DNA of 64,000 nucleotides, taken from assembly GCF_963921235.1 (NCBI RefSeq), contig NC_086108.1, positions 58,716,001-58,780,000 of the forward strand, written 5' to 3'. This document shows, piece by piece, positions 1 through 13,154 of the stretch. How positions within the stretch are numbered: position 1 is the stretch's first letter; the number at the start of each line of letters is the position of its first letter. This stretch comes from Mobula hypostoma. Taxonomy: Eukaryota. A program made the position numbers and the translations under genes. The notes under the pieces were generated by a model. It saw only the letters and a program-made list of their open reading frames with translations, made no database searches and was not told the origin of the DNA.

Positions 1-532
1 GAACAGCTGTACTGTACTTGGTTTTAAAAATTAATCAACTTTAGTTTCAAGAAATTCAAATTAATGTTATCTTCTATGTTAAAAAAAACTAAGGATCATT
101 TACATCAAAAGCTCTGAATTGGTTTAATCTCATAGGATTTTTGGGGGGTTTATTTTAACTCAATTATAGCTTGTTGTGTATTATACTATAATTCAGATTA
201 ATAAATCTTCATTTCTAGAATCCTTCAGAGAATGAAAGATATTTAATAACTAAAATCTCTATGAAAAAGGGGTGAATTTTGATGGAAAGGCTAAGAGAAA
301 GGTCTATTTCACAGATCAACCAATTAAAGATCTATTACGAAATTTAATACACTCTTTACTGAATGATGGTGAGTTTAAGATCTTAATCCTTCCATGGAGA
401 GAGAGAGAGAAGTGAAAATGAAAGAATTAATCCTCCAGTCAGTAATGGTAAACTTCTGTAACATAGTGTCAGCACTATACTCTATCTCTGAAATCATTCC
501 ATTGAGTTCAATGCAATAAAGATTCCAGAGAC

Positions 533-1307
533 ACTACACTTGTTGATGACACTACACTGATTGGCCTAATCTCAAATAATAATGAGGCAACCTACAGAGA
601 AGAAATCATCATCCTGACTTCTGACACAGTGGTGTCAAGAAAACAACTCTTTCAATGTTGCAAAAATAAAGGAGCTGGTTGTGGACTACAGGAAGAATGG
701 AGACAGGTTAGCTCCTATTGACATCAATGGACCTGGGTTGAGAGGGTGAACAGCTCTAAATTCCTCGGCATACATATCACTGAGCATCTCATGTGGTCTG
801 TACATACTGGCTATGTGGTGAATAAGGCACAACAGCGTCTCTTTCACCTCAGGTGATTGAAGAAGTTTGGTATGGGCCCCTAGATCCTAAGAACTTTCTA
901 TAGGGGCACAATTGAGAGCATTCTGACTGGCTGTCAGTCACAGATGTGAACTTCCTGTTATTCAGGACATTTACTGAGAAAAGTGTGTAAAAGGGGCCCA
1001 AAGGATCATTGGGGACCTGAGTCACCCCAACCACAAACTGTTCCAGCTGCTACCATCCGGGAAACAATACCACTGCATAAAAGCCAGGACCAGCAGGCTC
1101 TGGGACAGCTTCTTCCACCAGGCCATCAGACTGATTAAATCATGCTGACACAACTGTATTTCTGTGTTATATTGACTGCCCTGTTATACATACTATTTAT
1201 TATAAATTACTATAAATTGCACATTGCACATTTAGACGGAGACGTAACGTAATGATTTTCACTCCTCATCTATATGAAGGATGTAAGTAATAAAGTCAAT
1301 TCAATTC
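533..1307 (+). mobile_element. Rex1/Babar-type LINE 3' fragment
   Basis: DDTTLIGLISNNNEATYREE and KELVVDYRK remnants. Tail AATAAAGTCAATTCAATTCA. Confidence 0.8.
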
Positions 1308-2112
1308 AGTTCTATAGATTTGCTAAGTATACCCGCAGAAAAGGAATCTCAGGGTTGTATGTAGTGACATGTATGTACATAAATTGTACTTTGAGTTTTG
1401 ACATTTTAGATGGAGTACAGTACACTGATGCTACAGTACAGCACATTGAGCCATTGCAGCGAAGGCGTAGGAAGGCTGCAGCCGCAAAGGGTCCCCAGTT
1501 GTCTTGCACTCTATGCTGTTGGAGCCTGACTCCGATATGTGTAGGACCACGTGGTGGCTCCCCACAGTGAACAAAGCCACACACCAGTGTTCTCCATTAA
1601 GGGAATCCACCCTGACATCCAAATCATGTGGGCGCCAGACTGGCTTATACAGCCACCTGAGGACCCCCCAATAGACAACCCCTTTGGAGAACATCACGCT
1701 CGACTAGAGTGATCACCCGACATTGTGAGCTACTGATCAGAGGAGAGTTTCTGGTATATGTTCATACCACCGGCATAAAACTGAATAACATCAGTATTTT
1801 CCCTATGCAAATTTTTAAGTGTGCCAATGCTCAGTTGGTGTCATGAGAAAGTACTTTAAAAGGATTCAGACTCTTTGATTATATCTGATAAACTCAGTTA
1901 GTACAGGAATTGAATTAATTGAAAGCAGCTGTGTTTATTTATGTAAAAATACTTTCACAAGGTCTTTGAAGGTGTGCCAATATCATTGAAGTTTTGGACA
2001 TAATATCTATTTAGTTTATTCAATAGTTTCTGCATAGAATAAAGCATCTCCTTCTAAGATTTGTATTAAACCCACGCTGAAAAGGTACTCTTAATCGACA
2101 GTCACCTGTGTT

Positions 2113-2320
2113 GGGCACGTGGCCAAGTGGTTAAGGCGTTTGTCTAATAATCTCAAGGTCGCAGGTTCGAGCCTCAGCTGTGGCAGCGTGTTTGTGTCCT
2201 TGAGCAAGTTGCTCAAATATCTGTGCGAGGAGTGGCGCCCCACGCAGACTTCTAATATGCGCCTTGTACGGCATGAAAATGCCTGATGCAGGCCTCTCAT
2301 GGTCTGAGTCAACATTCCCT
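2113..2320 (+). mobile_element. tRNA-derived SINE
   Basis: A box TGGCCAAGTGG (2120-2130) and B box GGTTCGAGCC (2164-2173), then a GTGTCCTTGAGCAAG core. Confidence 0.75.
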
Positions 2321-3271
2321 TCCCCACCTGGGCAACCATGTGCTCTTTACAGCAGTACATGTTAATGTAATTTTTCTGGAGTCCAAAAGAACTGTTTGTA
2401 GGAATTTGCAATACAGTACTATTAATGATCTTCTGTATTCCGCAGTCATTTTATCTTCATTATAAATTCCATGGGGAAAGGGACAGAATTATTTATCTAG
2501 CTATGTGATTCACCTAGTTGTAATCTCTCTCTTTGCAGGTTCAATGATGCCTCCAGAGAGTCAAATTAAACTTCTACATCAAAACTAACCAATTAACATA
2601 TTTAACAGTGTCAAAAATGACCTGTAACACAATCTTCCTGTTACATTTTGATAGTTAAAAACGAAAAAAAAAGTTCCTTAGCAAATCTAGCCATCTACAA
2701 GAATGGGGCAGATGGCATATAGTAGGTGGGTAAGTGTGAAACATATGCTCCTGATAAGGAGCAAACGTAGGTTTTACTTTGAAAGTCAGTATTGGTTGCC
2801 CATTGATTTAATTCTACTCAAGAAGTAGGGGAAGCTGCAAACTGCCATAATCCATCCGCATGTTTTCACTGAAATATTTAAAAGCCAGTCTCACTACATT
2901 GGATATTCTTCCATGTTAGAGGTAAAGATGACAGATATCCTTTCCTGATAGATATTAGTGAATTTAGTGGACTTTTACAATTCTTTGTGCCATCGTTATC
3001 TCTACTGATATTAACTTTTTAATTCACAATTACTTAATGATTAAAATGTAAACCATCTAACAATTGTGGGATTTGAACTCACAAATCCATCTGCATCAAA
3101 GAGCAAGTCAAAGGCTGTGTGTCTGCACAGGTTCCGAAAGCATGTGCACACTTATAGCTCCTTTATCAGTGTGGAGTATGGCTTATAGCTGAACGAGAGT
3201 GGTGATGCCTTTAAAGGGAAGGGCAAATATACCTGCACAGATGCATGCTGCCCCTGGAGAAAGCCCAACGT

Positions 3272-3585
3272 ATAACAATTACAGCACGGAAACAGACCAT
3301 CTCGGCCCTTTTAGTCCATGCCGAATGCTTACTCTCACCTAGTCCCACTGAACTGCAGTCAGCCCATAACCCTCCATTCCTTTCCTGTCCATATACCTAT
3401 CCAATTTTTCTTTAAATGACAATATCAAACCAGCCTCTACCACTTCTACTGGAAGCTCGTTCCACACAGCCACCACGCTCTGAGTAAAGAAGTTCCCCAT
3501 CATGTTACCCCTAAACTTTTGTCCCCTAACTCTCAACTCATGTCCTCTTGTTTGAATCTCCCCCACTCTCAATGGAAAAAGCCTA
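3272..3585 (-). mobile_element. CR1 3' fragment
   Basis: TRGHELRVRG...FFTQSVVAVWNELP. Confidence 0.85.
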
Positions 3586-4339
3586 TAAAAGTTAAAAAGG
3601 TTTCTTCACAAAATGAGAACTCACATGAGGGTAATACACCTGTGTTGTTTGAGAATTGGTTGGCAAAGATATGTGGATGGTAGGTGGAAAGTAAATTGTG
3701 AGGAGAACATGAAATGTCTGCAAATGGATATATAGACAGTTTAGATGAGTGGTAAAAGATGGTGGGTGGAGGGAAATGTTATATTTTTCACTGGGTTTAG
3801 GAAAGGAAGAGTAAAGTTGCTGATACTTAATTGGTGCCCAGAGATGCTGATGTTTAATTGGTCCCTAATAGGAAATTTTGGGAGTTAGCTTTTAGATACA
3901 CTAAGTTATTCGGAATGCAGATACCATATTGGCCTATACTTCAGAAAATAAGGTACAGAAGCAGGGAGGTTTAGTTACATCTACTCAGGAATTCAGTGAT
4001 AACACATCTGGAGTTTCTTCTGTAGATATAGTCTCCTTAAGAAAGAATGTACAGTACTGGCCTTTGAAGCACTTCAGAGAAGATTCATTGGATTGATTCT
4101 TCATGAAAGTAGTTCTTTTGTAAAGGAAGACTGGCCTGAATGGTTGATAAAAAGCATACAAAAAGTAATGGATATGGCGCACTCCATCACAGGAAAATTA
4201 CTTCCCACCATTGAGCACATCTACAAGGAGCGCTGCCACAAGAAAGCAGCATCCATTATTAAAGACCTCCATTATCCAAGTGATGCTTTCTTCTCACTGT
4301 TGCCATTAGGAAGGAAGTATAGGAACCTTTTGGGCAACA

Positions 4340-4690
4340 TCTAGTAACATGAGGAAATGAATTGCAACTGTAGAGATATGGTTTTTGAGGAGGATGCAAA
4401 GAATATCATGGACAAAACAAATATCTAAGGAGGATGTCATGAACAGAGCAAACACAAAAAGAGAAATAACGTATGAGATCATGAAAAGGCAACGTAACTT
4501 CATTGGACACGTGATTAGGAAAGAGGAGTTAGAAAGCTTGGTAATTATAGGAAAGACTGAAGGGAAGAAAGCAAGAGGAAGACAAAGACAAATAATGATG
4601 GAGACAGCAGCCTGAGAATTGGAAATGAATACAATGAGTTGATCCACTTGACCCGAAACAGGAGGGTGTGGGCCATGGCAGTCAAAGCTC
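4340..4690 (+). mobile_element. RTE-clade LINE 3' fragment inside a Rex1-type remnant (~4150-4800)
   Basis: RRMQRISWT...NFIGHVIRKEELESLVIIGKTEGKKARGRQR, a typical RTE C-terminus. Confidence 0.7.
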
Positions 4691-5506
4691 CTGAACCAGC
4701 ATGGTTAATTCACTCACCTCAACACTGAACTGATTCCACAACCTTCAGACTCACTTTCAAGGACTCTACAACTCATCTTATCAGTGTTATTTATTTATTT
4801 CTTTAATATTATCATCATTATTATTATTTGTTTTACCAGAAAGCTATGGACATTGCCAGGAGGTACATACAAGGCTCAGATAGATTTATTGCAAAATTAA
4901 AGGGATAAGGCATGAAAACAGAAGTAAAGACAAAAACTAAATCGCCATTACCTCAAGAAAAAGCAACAAAAACTGCAAATGCTGGAATCCAAAATAAAAA
5001 TAAAGTATGCCGCAAATTCTCAGCAAATCTGACAGCATCTATAGAGGGAGAAAGAGAGTTAACAATTCAGATTGATTACCCTACATCAGAACAGGTAAAG
5101 TTAAGAAGGTGAGCATGTTTTTAAGTTGCAGAGAATGGCAACTTATTGAATGGAGGAGGGGCCAACATCAGCCATTTTCTTATCTGTTTAAATATTGCTG
5201 TAAACTTACTTCTCCTGAAAGTTTGTTAGTTGAATGCAGGTAATGATAATTTAATTAATCGACTAAGAAACAATATGATGTAGAAAGCTCCTGGGATTTA
5301 CAGATCACAATCCCTTTAACAGTGTTCATACGTTTTGTAAATTTATATCCAGGACTGAGGCATTACAAGCATTTATTGCCCACTACTGTTTGTCACTGAG
5401 AATGTGACATCTTCTTGATCTACCACAGTCCTCACAGTCTAGGTAATGCAACATTGCTTTTCGATAGGGGATACTAGGATTTAGAGCTAGCAACAGTGAA
5501 GGATAT

Positions 5507-6012
5507 AAGCTCAGCGGTCACTTTATTAGGTACTTCCTGTAACTAATAAAGCAGTAACTGAGCCTATGTTCCTGGTCTTCTACTCCTGTAGCCCATCCAT
5601 TTCAAGGTTCGCTGTGTTGTGCATTCGGAGGTGTTCTTCTGCACACCACTGTTGTAACATGTGCTTATCTGAGTTACTGTCACTTTCCTATCAATTTGAA
5701 CAAGTCTGCCTATTCTCCTCTCACTGCTCTCAATAACAAGACATTTTCGCCCAGAAAACTGCCACTTGCTGGATGTTTTTTTTTGTTTTTGGCACCATTC
5801 TCTGTAAACTATAGAGACTATTGTATGAGAAAATCTCAGGAGATCAGCAGTTTGTGACCCTATTTGGCATCAACAATCATTCCATTATCAAAGTCACTTA
5901 GATCACATTTCTTCCCCATTCTGATGTTTGGTCTAAACAACAACTGAACCTCTTGACGATGTCCGATGATGATTGGCAGATTAAATATTTGCATTAAAGA
6001 CCAGGTCTACAA
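5507..6012. mobile_element. Tc1/mariner-derived non-autonomous element
   Basis: TIR-like CTCAGCGGTCACTTTATTAGGTAC. Body homologous to 30408-30953. Confidence 0.7.
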
Positions 6013-7600
6013 GTCTGGCAGATGGAGCAAAATGTTGGTAAATGTGAGGTCATCTACTTTGGAAGTTAAAATGGAAGATCAGATTATTACTTAAATGGTA
6101 AAAGATTGCAGCAAGCTGCTGTGCAGAAGGACTTGGGAGTGCTTGTGCATAAATCACAAAAGGTTATTTTGCAGATTGTTATGCACCAACAGCAATGGAT
6201 ATGAAACTGAGTCAACAACGAAATGTATTAACCTCTACTCAAAACATCGAAAAATAAACAAACGACTAACTTAAACGGAAGTTAACAGTTAGGTGGCTAT
6301 ATGGAACAAACAGTCAAACTTATAAACTGTTCTTAACGAGTTCTCATCCAAGCACAGACTTAAAGTGATAAATTCAAAAGTCCAAGTGATTTATACAGTC
6401 ATTAAGGAGAGACTTCCCTGAAACAATGAATTACTTCGAAGTAATGACGAATCTGCCGATCACAGCCAAGAAATGCCCTGTCCGAAGAAATCACGAAGAA
6501 ATAAAGTGTCCTAAAGGAACTGACCTTTCGGCTGGAGGGTGGTCACTGCACAAACCTTCCCAACCTTATAGGGGTTTAACTCAAGCATGCATGCCACAAT
6601 CCCCGAACGAAAATTCAAAAAGGTCGATCATTCCCAAGACGCCAAATGACGTTAACTTTACCCAATCCTTGGGGTTTGGATAACGCTGGTAATGTCTTCA
6701 CTCTCCAATACAAGACTGTAAGGGGAAAATAAATGTGCAACAAACAAAACCGGTGGCACCTCCAAAACATCCGACCGGCAACAACGTTGCGCCAAATATA
6801 AAAATGAGAACTGCGTCACAGTGGCGGGCTTTTCTTTTATACCATGCCATCATGTGACATCACATCACTCCGCTATCATGAGACAATTACATCATGCCCA
6901 TCACAAGATAATGACATCATGCTCACAAGATAATTACATCATGCTCACGCGATATGTAACAAGATACAGTAGACTATCAAGAAGGCAAATGGAATGTCGG
7001 CCTTCATTGTTGAGGGATTGAACTTAAGAGCAGGGACGTTATGCTGCAACTGTATATAGTACTGGTGAGACCACATCTGGAGTACTGTGTGCTGTTCTAG
7101 TCTCCCTACTTGAGGAAGGATATACTGGCTTTGGAGGGATGAGAGGGTTAGACTATCAGGAGAGATTGTGTCAGCTGGGACTGTACTTGCTGGAATTCAG
7201 AAGAATGAGAGGAGATCTTATAGAAACATATAAAAACATGAAAGGGATAGATAAGATAGAGGCAGGAAAGTTGTTTCCGCTGGTAGGTGAGACTAGTACT
7301 AGGGGACATAGCCTCAAGATTCAGGGGAGTAAATTTAGGATGGAGTTGAGGAAGAACTGTTTTTCCCAAAGAGTGGTGAGTCTGTGGAATTCTCTACCCA
7401 TTGAAGCAGGAGGCCACCTCAGTAAATATATTTAAGACAAGGTTGGATAGATTTTTGCATAGTAGGGGAATTAAGGGTTATGGGGAAAAGGCAGGTGGGT
7501 GGAGATGAATCCATGGTCAGATTAGCCATGATGTTATTGAATGGTGGAGCATGCTTGATGGGGCAGATGGACTACTCCTGCCCCTATTTCTTATGTTTTT
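6013..7600 (+). mobile_element. CR1 3' fragment interrupted by a solo LTR
   Basis: KCEVIYFG, LEFRRMRGDLIETYK and a CR1 3'UTR. The sequence is continuous across 6176/6962. Confidence 0.85.
6177..6961. mobile_element. Solo LTR (785 bp) with 4-bp TSD
   Basis: Termini TGTTA...TAACA. TSD AGAT at 6173-6176 and 6962-6965. Internal 22-bp tandem repeats at ~6880-6945. Confidence 0.8.
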
Positions 7601-7944
7601 ATGTGAACTGTACCTAATAGAGTTCCACTGTGTGTATATCCCATTCTGCATGGCATATGACTTGGAGGGGAACTTGCTGGTGTTGGTGTTCCCTTGGGCC
7701 TGGTGTTTTTCCTCTTCTTGGTGATACAGATCTAAAGTTTGAGAACTAAGAGGGGTGGGCATGGTCTCATGAGTATTTAGCTGTAAAGCCTGCAACTTGC
7801 CATTTCTGTACAGGGGATGAAGGGAATGAATATTTATGGTGAAGACTGCACACAAATCAGGCTGCCTTGTCTTGGATGATTTCAAGCTTCTTGCAAGTTG
7901 TTGGTACTGAACTCATCAAGGCAAATGAAGAATATTACATCATG

Positions 7945-8695
7945 TTCAATCCAGGGAAGTGTGAAGTTATATACTTTCAAGGTGAACTTGAAGGCAGAGT
8001 GCAGGGTTAAAGGCAGTTTTCTTGGCAGTGTGGAGGAACATTGGGATCTTGAGATTCACATCCATAGATCCCTTAAAGTTGCCACGCAAATTGATAGGGT
8101 GGTTAAGAACATGTATGGTATGCTGGCCTTCATTAGTTGGGGGACTGAGTTCAAGAGCAGTGAGGTATTGTAGCAGCTTTATAAAATGCTAGTTAGACCA
8201 CGCTTGGAATATTGTGTTCAGTTCTGGCTTCCTCATTTGAGGAAGGATGTGGAAGCTTTAGAGAGGAGAGGAGATTTACCAGGGATGTTGTCTGGATTAG
8301 AGAGCATGTTTTATAAGGACAGTTTTAGTGAACAAGAGCTTTTCTCTTAGGAGTGGAGGAGGATGAGAAGTGACTTGATTGAGGCATTGAAAGAGTAGAC
8401 AGCCAGCACCTTTCTCCCAGGGCAGAAATGGCTAATACAAGAGGGCATAATTTGATGGTGATTGAGGGAATGTATTGGGAGGATGTCAGAAGTAGGTTTT
8501 TACACAGTGTGATGGATGCATGGAATGTGCTAACAAGAGTGATGGTAGAGGCAGATTCATGAAGGTGCATAGATGAAAGAAAAGTGGAGGTCTATGTGGG
8601 AGGGAAGGGTTAAATTGATCTTGGAGTAGGTTAAAATGGTGGGTTGAAGAGCCTGTACTGTGCTGAACTGTTCAATCTTCTTTGTTTTATGTCTA
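7945..8695 (+). mobile_element. CR1 3' fragment
   Basis: SLKVATQIDRVVK...YGMLAFI and RPRLEYCVQFW. Confidence 0.85.
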
Positions 8696-10959
8696 TTCTA
8701 TCAGCATTAACAGTAATAGTCAACATTAAAATAAAATAATCTGGATCACTACTTTAATTTAAAAAATTTTCTTTGAAAGCTTTCACACAGCAGGCACACT
8801 ATTTATTTATTTTTCCTAAGGTGTAAATTCAGTGTGACTAAGATTCTTTATATATATATAGTCCCAATAACAGAGCATGTGACTTTTGAGCAGAGTCAGA
8901 GTAAACAAGCTTGCACTTACATTATTAATTATGGCTTGAAAGCATTGTACCAGGAGTTATTGTACCTCAAAGCACATATTGTGAATTGTTTATAGAAAAC
9001 AACAAACTGATGATTGTGAAAATGAATAATCCTTCAAAGCTGTTATATTAAGAGAACTCTTTTAACTATTATATCATAACTCTATTTCAACACATCAACA
9101 GTGAGGGACACAGCTCAGGGAAAACAAATACCTGACTACCCACATGCAATTCAGAACATGCCACATATGGAAATATAATACTTTGCAAACAACAGAAAGT
9201 TCAGCTGTGGAGAAATATAGTGTTCTTCCAGTATAGAAATCTGATTGAAATAAGCCAATCTGACCAATGCTCTGGATGTTTTTGTGTCGTGAAAGGACGG
9301 TGCTGAATTCTCCATGGACTGAATAGTGATTGGTTTAGCCTGTTGCCCAGACTCAGCCTCTGCTCTCTCCTAATACCACTGTTAGAGTGATTTTTGGGTC
9401 TAGGACAGATACATTTAGCTATTGACTTTGGCTACCAGTCATCACATCTGAAAATGTATTGTGCATTTAGTTTGGAGTGCAGCCCTGAACAATGGGTCCC
9501 TAAAAGCTGCGAAACCCAGTCCAGACAACGCTGATTAAAATTCATTTGGATGTCTGTGGTGTGACGTAAATCAGGAGGTGTGAGGATTGTACGTAGTTTC
9601 AAAAAAAGCATTGTCCATACATTGTAAATACGGAGTTGTCCTTTGATGTTTGGCACATAAAATATGGAGCCCCATGTTGGGCCAGCAGACCTTTCCACCA
9701 AAAGTTTCTCCACATGATGCCTGCTGTGCCTTGTTTTGTCGAATAGAGAAGCTGCTTTGTATCTACCAGTAATTTTCTCCGGCGACTTCTTTCATACAAC
9801 ACCACGATTAACAGTTTACTGATACATGTTGCAATGGGTTCAGAGTGGGACAGCAAGGTGCGAGACCTTGGTGGTGATTAGGCTTCCGATAATGTACCAC
9901 TGAGGCTGTGTGCTATAAATGCCCTAACATCCCTTGACAAGATGGGGCCTTTAAAAACAAATAGGAATTTACATATTTTTGAATTTAGATTTTTGAGAAA
10001 AAATAAAATTGAAGAAGCTGATAATTAACTAAAGCCTTAAAACAAGTGAAATATAAATTTCAGTCCTAATCTCTAGACCAGCATTTCAGATGACCCCTAC
10101 ACCAGGTCTAGATAGAGTCTAATGGAGCTGAATGACAGAATGCACGTGCATCTTCCTGAGAGTGGTTGAACACTAACAGTTGCCCTCGGCCCACTGGCTG
10201 TACCTATGGCCTGGCCCCCTCCCTTTTCAAGCACTTTCTCCATGCAGCTTCAAAGAAATTAATAGTATAACAATATGATCTTTTTATGAAATCTATTACT
10301 AGGACTAGCTTTGTGCTTCAGATTGATTGAATTATTTGAATTTGAATTCCCTGTCCGCCGTGGTGGAATTTGAACTCATACCTCTGGAACAACTGTTTTC
10401 CTTCTACTCCTTCAATGCTGTAACCTTACACTAACTACATTGAGATTATGATCTTTGTGGAGATGTTATTGAAAAGATGATGCCTAGACTTCCAAGCTCG
10501 TTTTTTCTCCTCTTTCCAACACACACAGACAGTTCAGAAAAAGACACAAACTTTAGTGCTCAACAATAAAGAAAATAGTGCCTTTGCAAATGAGCACATG
10601 GGTCCGATGTAAATTCCAGGATTAATCACGATTTGTCACAAAGGTGAAACTTTTTGCAATTTTCCCCTGACCTTCTAAGTTAATCAAGTAGAGCTACAAG
10701 GTATCAATTTGACTCTGCTGCCTCTAATCAGCTGTATCGTACATCTATATCCCATATCAATACCTCAGGCTCTAATATATTTTCCAGTTTGTTTCATCAT
10801 CCAAGTAGGTACTCGCAACCTTGAAATCTAATCTAAGCCAATCATTTATAAAATCATTTAATCACATTTTCAAGTGCAAAAATATGGTAATTGGATCTTA
10901 TTATCCATGCTTCTAATCTTTTTTCTGGAGAACAATTTTTTTCTGTACGTCTGCCCTCA

Positions 10960-12740
10960 CCCAATCCCCTCATCCAACATAACAGGATAGGGCTCCCCTA
11001 GTTCTCACCTACCACCCCACGAGCCTCCATTTCTAACACATCATTCTACAATCTCCAATGTGATACTACCACTAAGCACATCGTTCTCTCCACCACCACC
11101 CTGCAGATTTCAGTAGGGATCGCTCTTTCCATTGAGTGGGGAGGGTTGAGTAGACTCCCTTGTCCACTCATTCCTACCCACTGATCTCCCTCCTGGCAGG
11201 TATCCCTGAAACTGTGACAAGTGCTAGATCTGCTCCTACACCTCCTCTCTCACCACAATTCAGGGTTCCAAACAGTCCTTCCAGTTGACGGGGCACCTCA
11301 GGAGTTTGCTGCAGTCATTTATGGTATCTAGTGTTTCTGGTGCGGCCTCTGCACTGGTGAGATCTGCTGCAGGTTGGAGTACCACTTTGTTGAACTCTTT
11401 TGGTCCGTCTGCCACAACAGTCAGGATCTCCTGGTGGCCTCCATCTCAATTCGACTTCTCATTCCCACACCAACATACCTATCTACAGCCACCTTTACTG
11501 CCACGATGAAGCCAAACGCAGGTTGGAGGAGCAACACTTCATATTCGGTCTGTGCAGTCTCCAAGCTGAAGGCATGAATATCAAATTAGATTCTTAGAAT
11601 AGATTAGATTATGAGGACACGCAGTCCTCTTTTATTGTCATTTAGTAATGCATGCATTAAGAAACGATACAATGCTTTTCCAGAATGATATTACAGAAAA
11701 ACATGACAAACCGACTTAAAAACTGACAGAAACCACATAATTATAACATATAGTTACAACAGTGCAAAGCAATACCATAATTTGATAAGAAGAGACCATA
11801 GGCATGGTAAAAGTCTCAAAGTCTCTTGAAAGTCCCATCATCTCACGCAGACGGTGAACCTCCAGCGCCGCAAACTTGCCGATGCAGCATCCCTGAAGCA
11901 TCCGACCACAGTCCGACCCCAAGTCCATCCGAAAACTCCGAGCCTCCGACCAGCTCTCTGACACCGAGTACTGAGCACCATCTCTGCCGAGCGCTTCGAC
12001 CCCGGCCCCGGCAACAGGCAATAGGCAAAGCCGAGGATTTGGGGCCCTCCCCTCCGGAGATTCTCGATCGCACAGTAGCAGCGGCAGTGAAGTGGGCATT
12101 TCAGAAGTTTCTCCAGGTGTTCCTCTGTGCTTCTCACGTCTGTCTCCATCAAATCAGGATTGTGCACGGTACCTACTTCACAAATACGATATCATTCGTA
12201 ACGGCCACGCACACTGCGTTGCGCCGCCATCTTTGCCTCCCTCCTCCTTCTAGTAGGAGGTAAATTCATTACCTTCTAGTAACCTCTCCTCTCTGTTTCT
12301 CACCCCAGCTTTGTTTTGTTTTCCCTCTTTCTGGTGGCCCTCTCACCCTCGTCTTCATGATTTGCAATCACCTTCCTCTAGTTCCCCACCTTCTTCCCTT
12401 CTCTTTATTCCATAGCTCACTGTCCTCTCCTATCAGATTCCTTCTTCTCCAGCCCTTTACCTCTTCCATCTATCACCTCCCAGCTTCTCAAATCATTCCC
12501 TTTCATCCCCCCTCCCCCAACCACCCATCTTCCCCCTCACCTGGTCTTAACTACCTTGTCCTCCAACCATCTTCTGCTCTGGCTTCTGTCCCTTTCCTTT
12601 CCAGTCCTGATGAATAGTGTCGCACCTAAACATTGACTGCTCTTTTACCTCCAGAGATGCTGCCTCCACAGAGATGCTGAGTTCCACCACAATTTTGTGT
12701 GTTTTACCCAAGATTTCTAGCATCTGCAGAATTAAATGTG
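10960..12740 (+). mobile_element. Penelope-like 3' fragment interrupted by a non-autonomous element
   Basis: GIY-YIG remnant at ~11310-11400, RRLEEQHFIFGLCSLQAEGMNI, CT-rich tract, and degenerate hammerhead CAGTCCTGATGA...AAACATTGACTG at ~12602-12639. Confidence 0.8.
11588..12247 (-). mobile_element. ORF-less non-autonomous retroelement, copy A
   Basis: Head GGAGGAGGGAGGCAAAGATGGCGGCG. Tail AATAAAA-GAGGAC-TGCGT-GTCCTC-AT(AATCT)n. Homologous to 40483-41099 and 49521-50052. Confidence 0.75.
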
Positions 12741-13154
12741 GCTCTATAGTGAAAATACTTCTACTTGTAGGGTGACGAGCACTATACTGCTTCTTTACAT
12801 TGTTTTTAGATCCTTACTTCATTATAAACACCTTTATCAGGTCATCCTCTTTTCTAGAGTATTATTCAATACCTCTGATAAATATAATCTGTCGGTTTTA
12901 CTATCATCATTGTAGATTGTTGTATCATCTTCCAAAATGCATTTGCAACCATTTTATATTATGAATATCAAATTTGCTCACAGCATTCTGAATACGTTCC
13001 TGGCAATATTCCATGAACATTAAAAACAAATTTTCTGTAATGCTGTTCCCCTACAAATAAATGACAAATGATTGATATAGGTCTCTTTAATATTTTTGTT
13101 AGCCCTATTAACACTTGGTGATTTGTGAATTTGTGACCCCGGATCTTTCTAGCC

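Noticed and set aside
1..530. Possible old L1/Tx1 remnant (also ~25500-25990)
   Set aside because: No translatable motif I could confidently recognise.
2113..2185. tRNA gene
   Set aside because: A and B boxes are present, but there is no convincing acceptor stem or terminator, and it runs into a SINE core.
9432..9856. Overlapping minus-strand ORFs as an alternative PTGER3 exon
   Set aside because: No similarity to known EP3 tails and no convincing splice acceptor identified.
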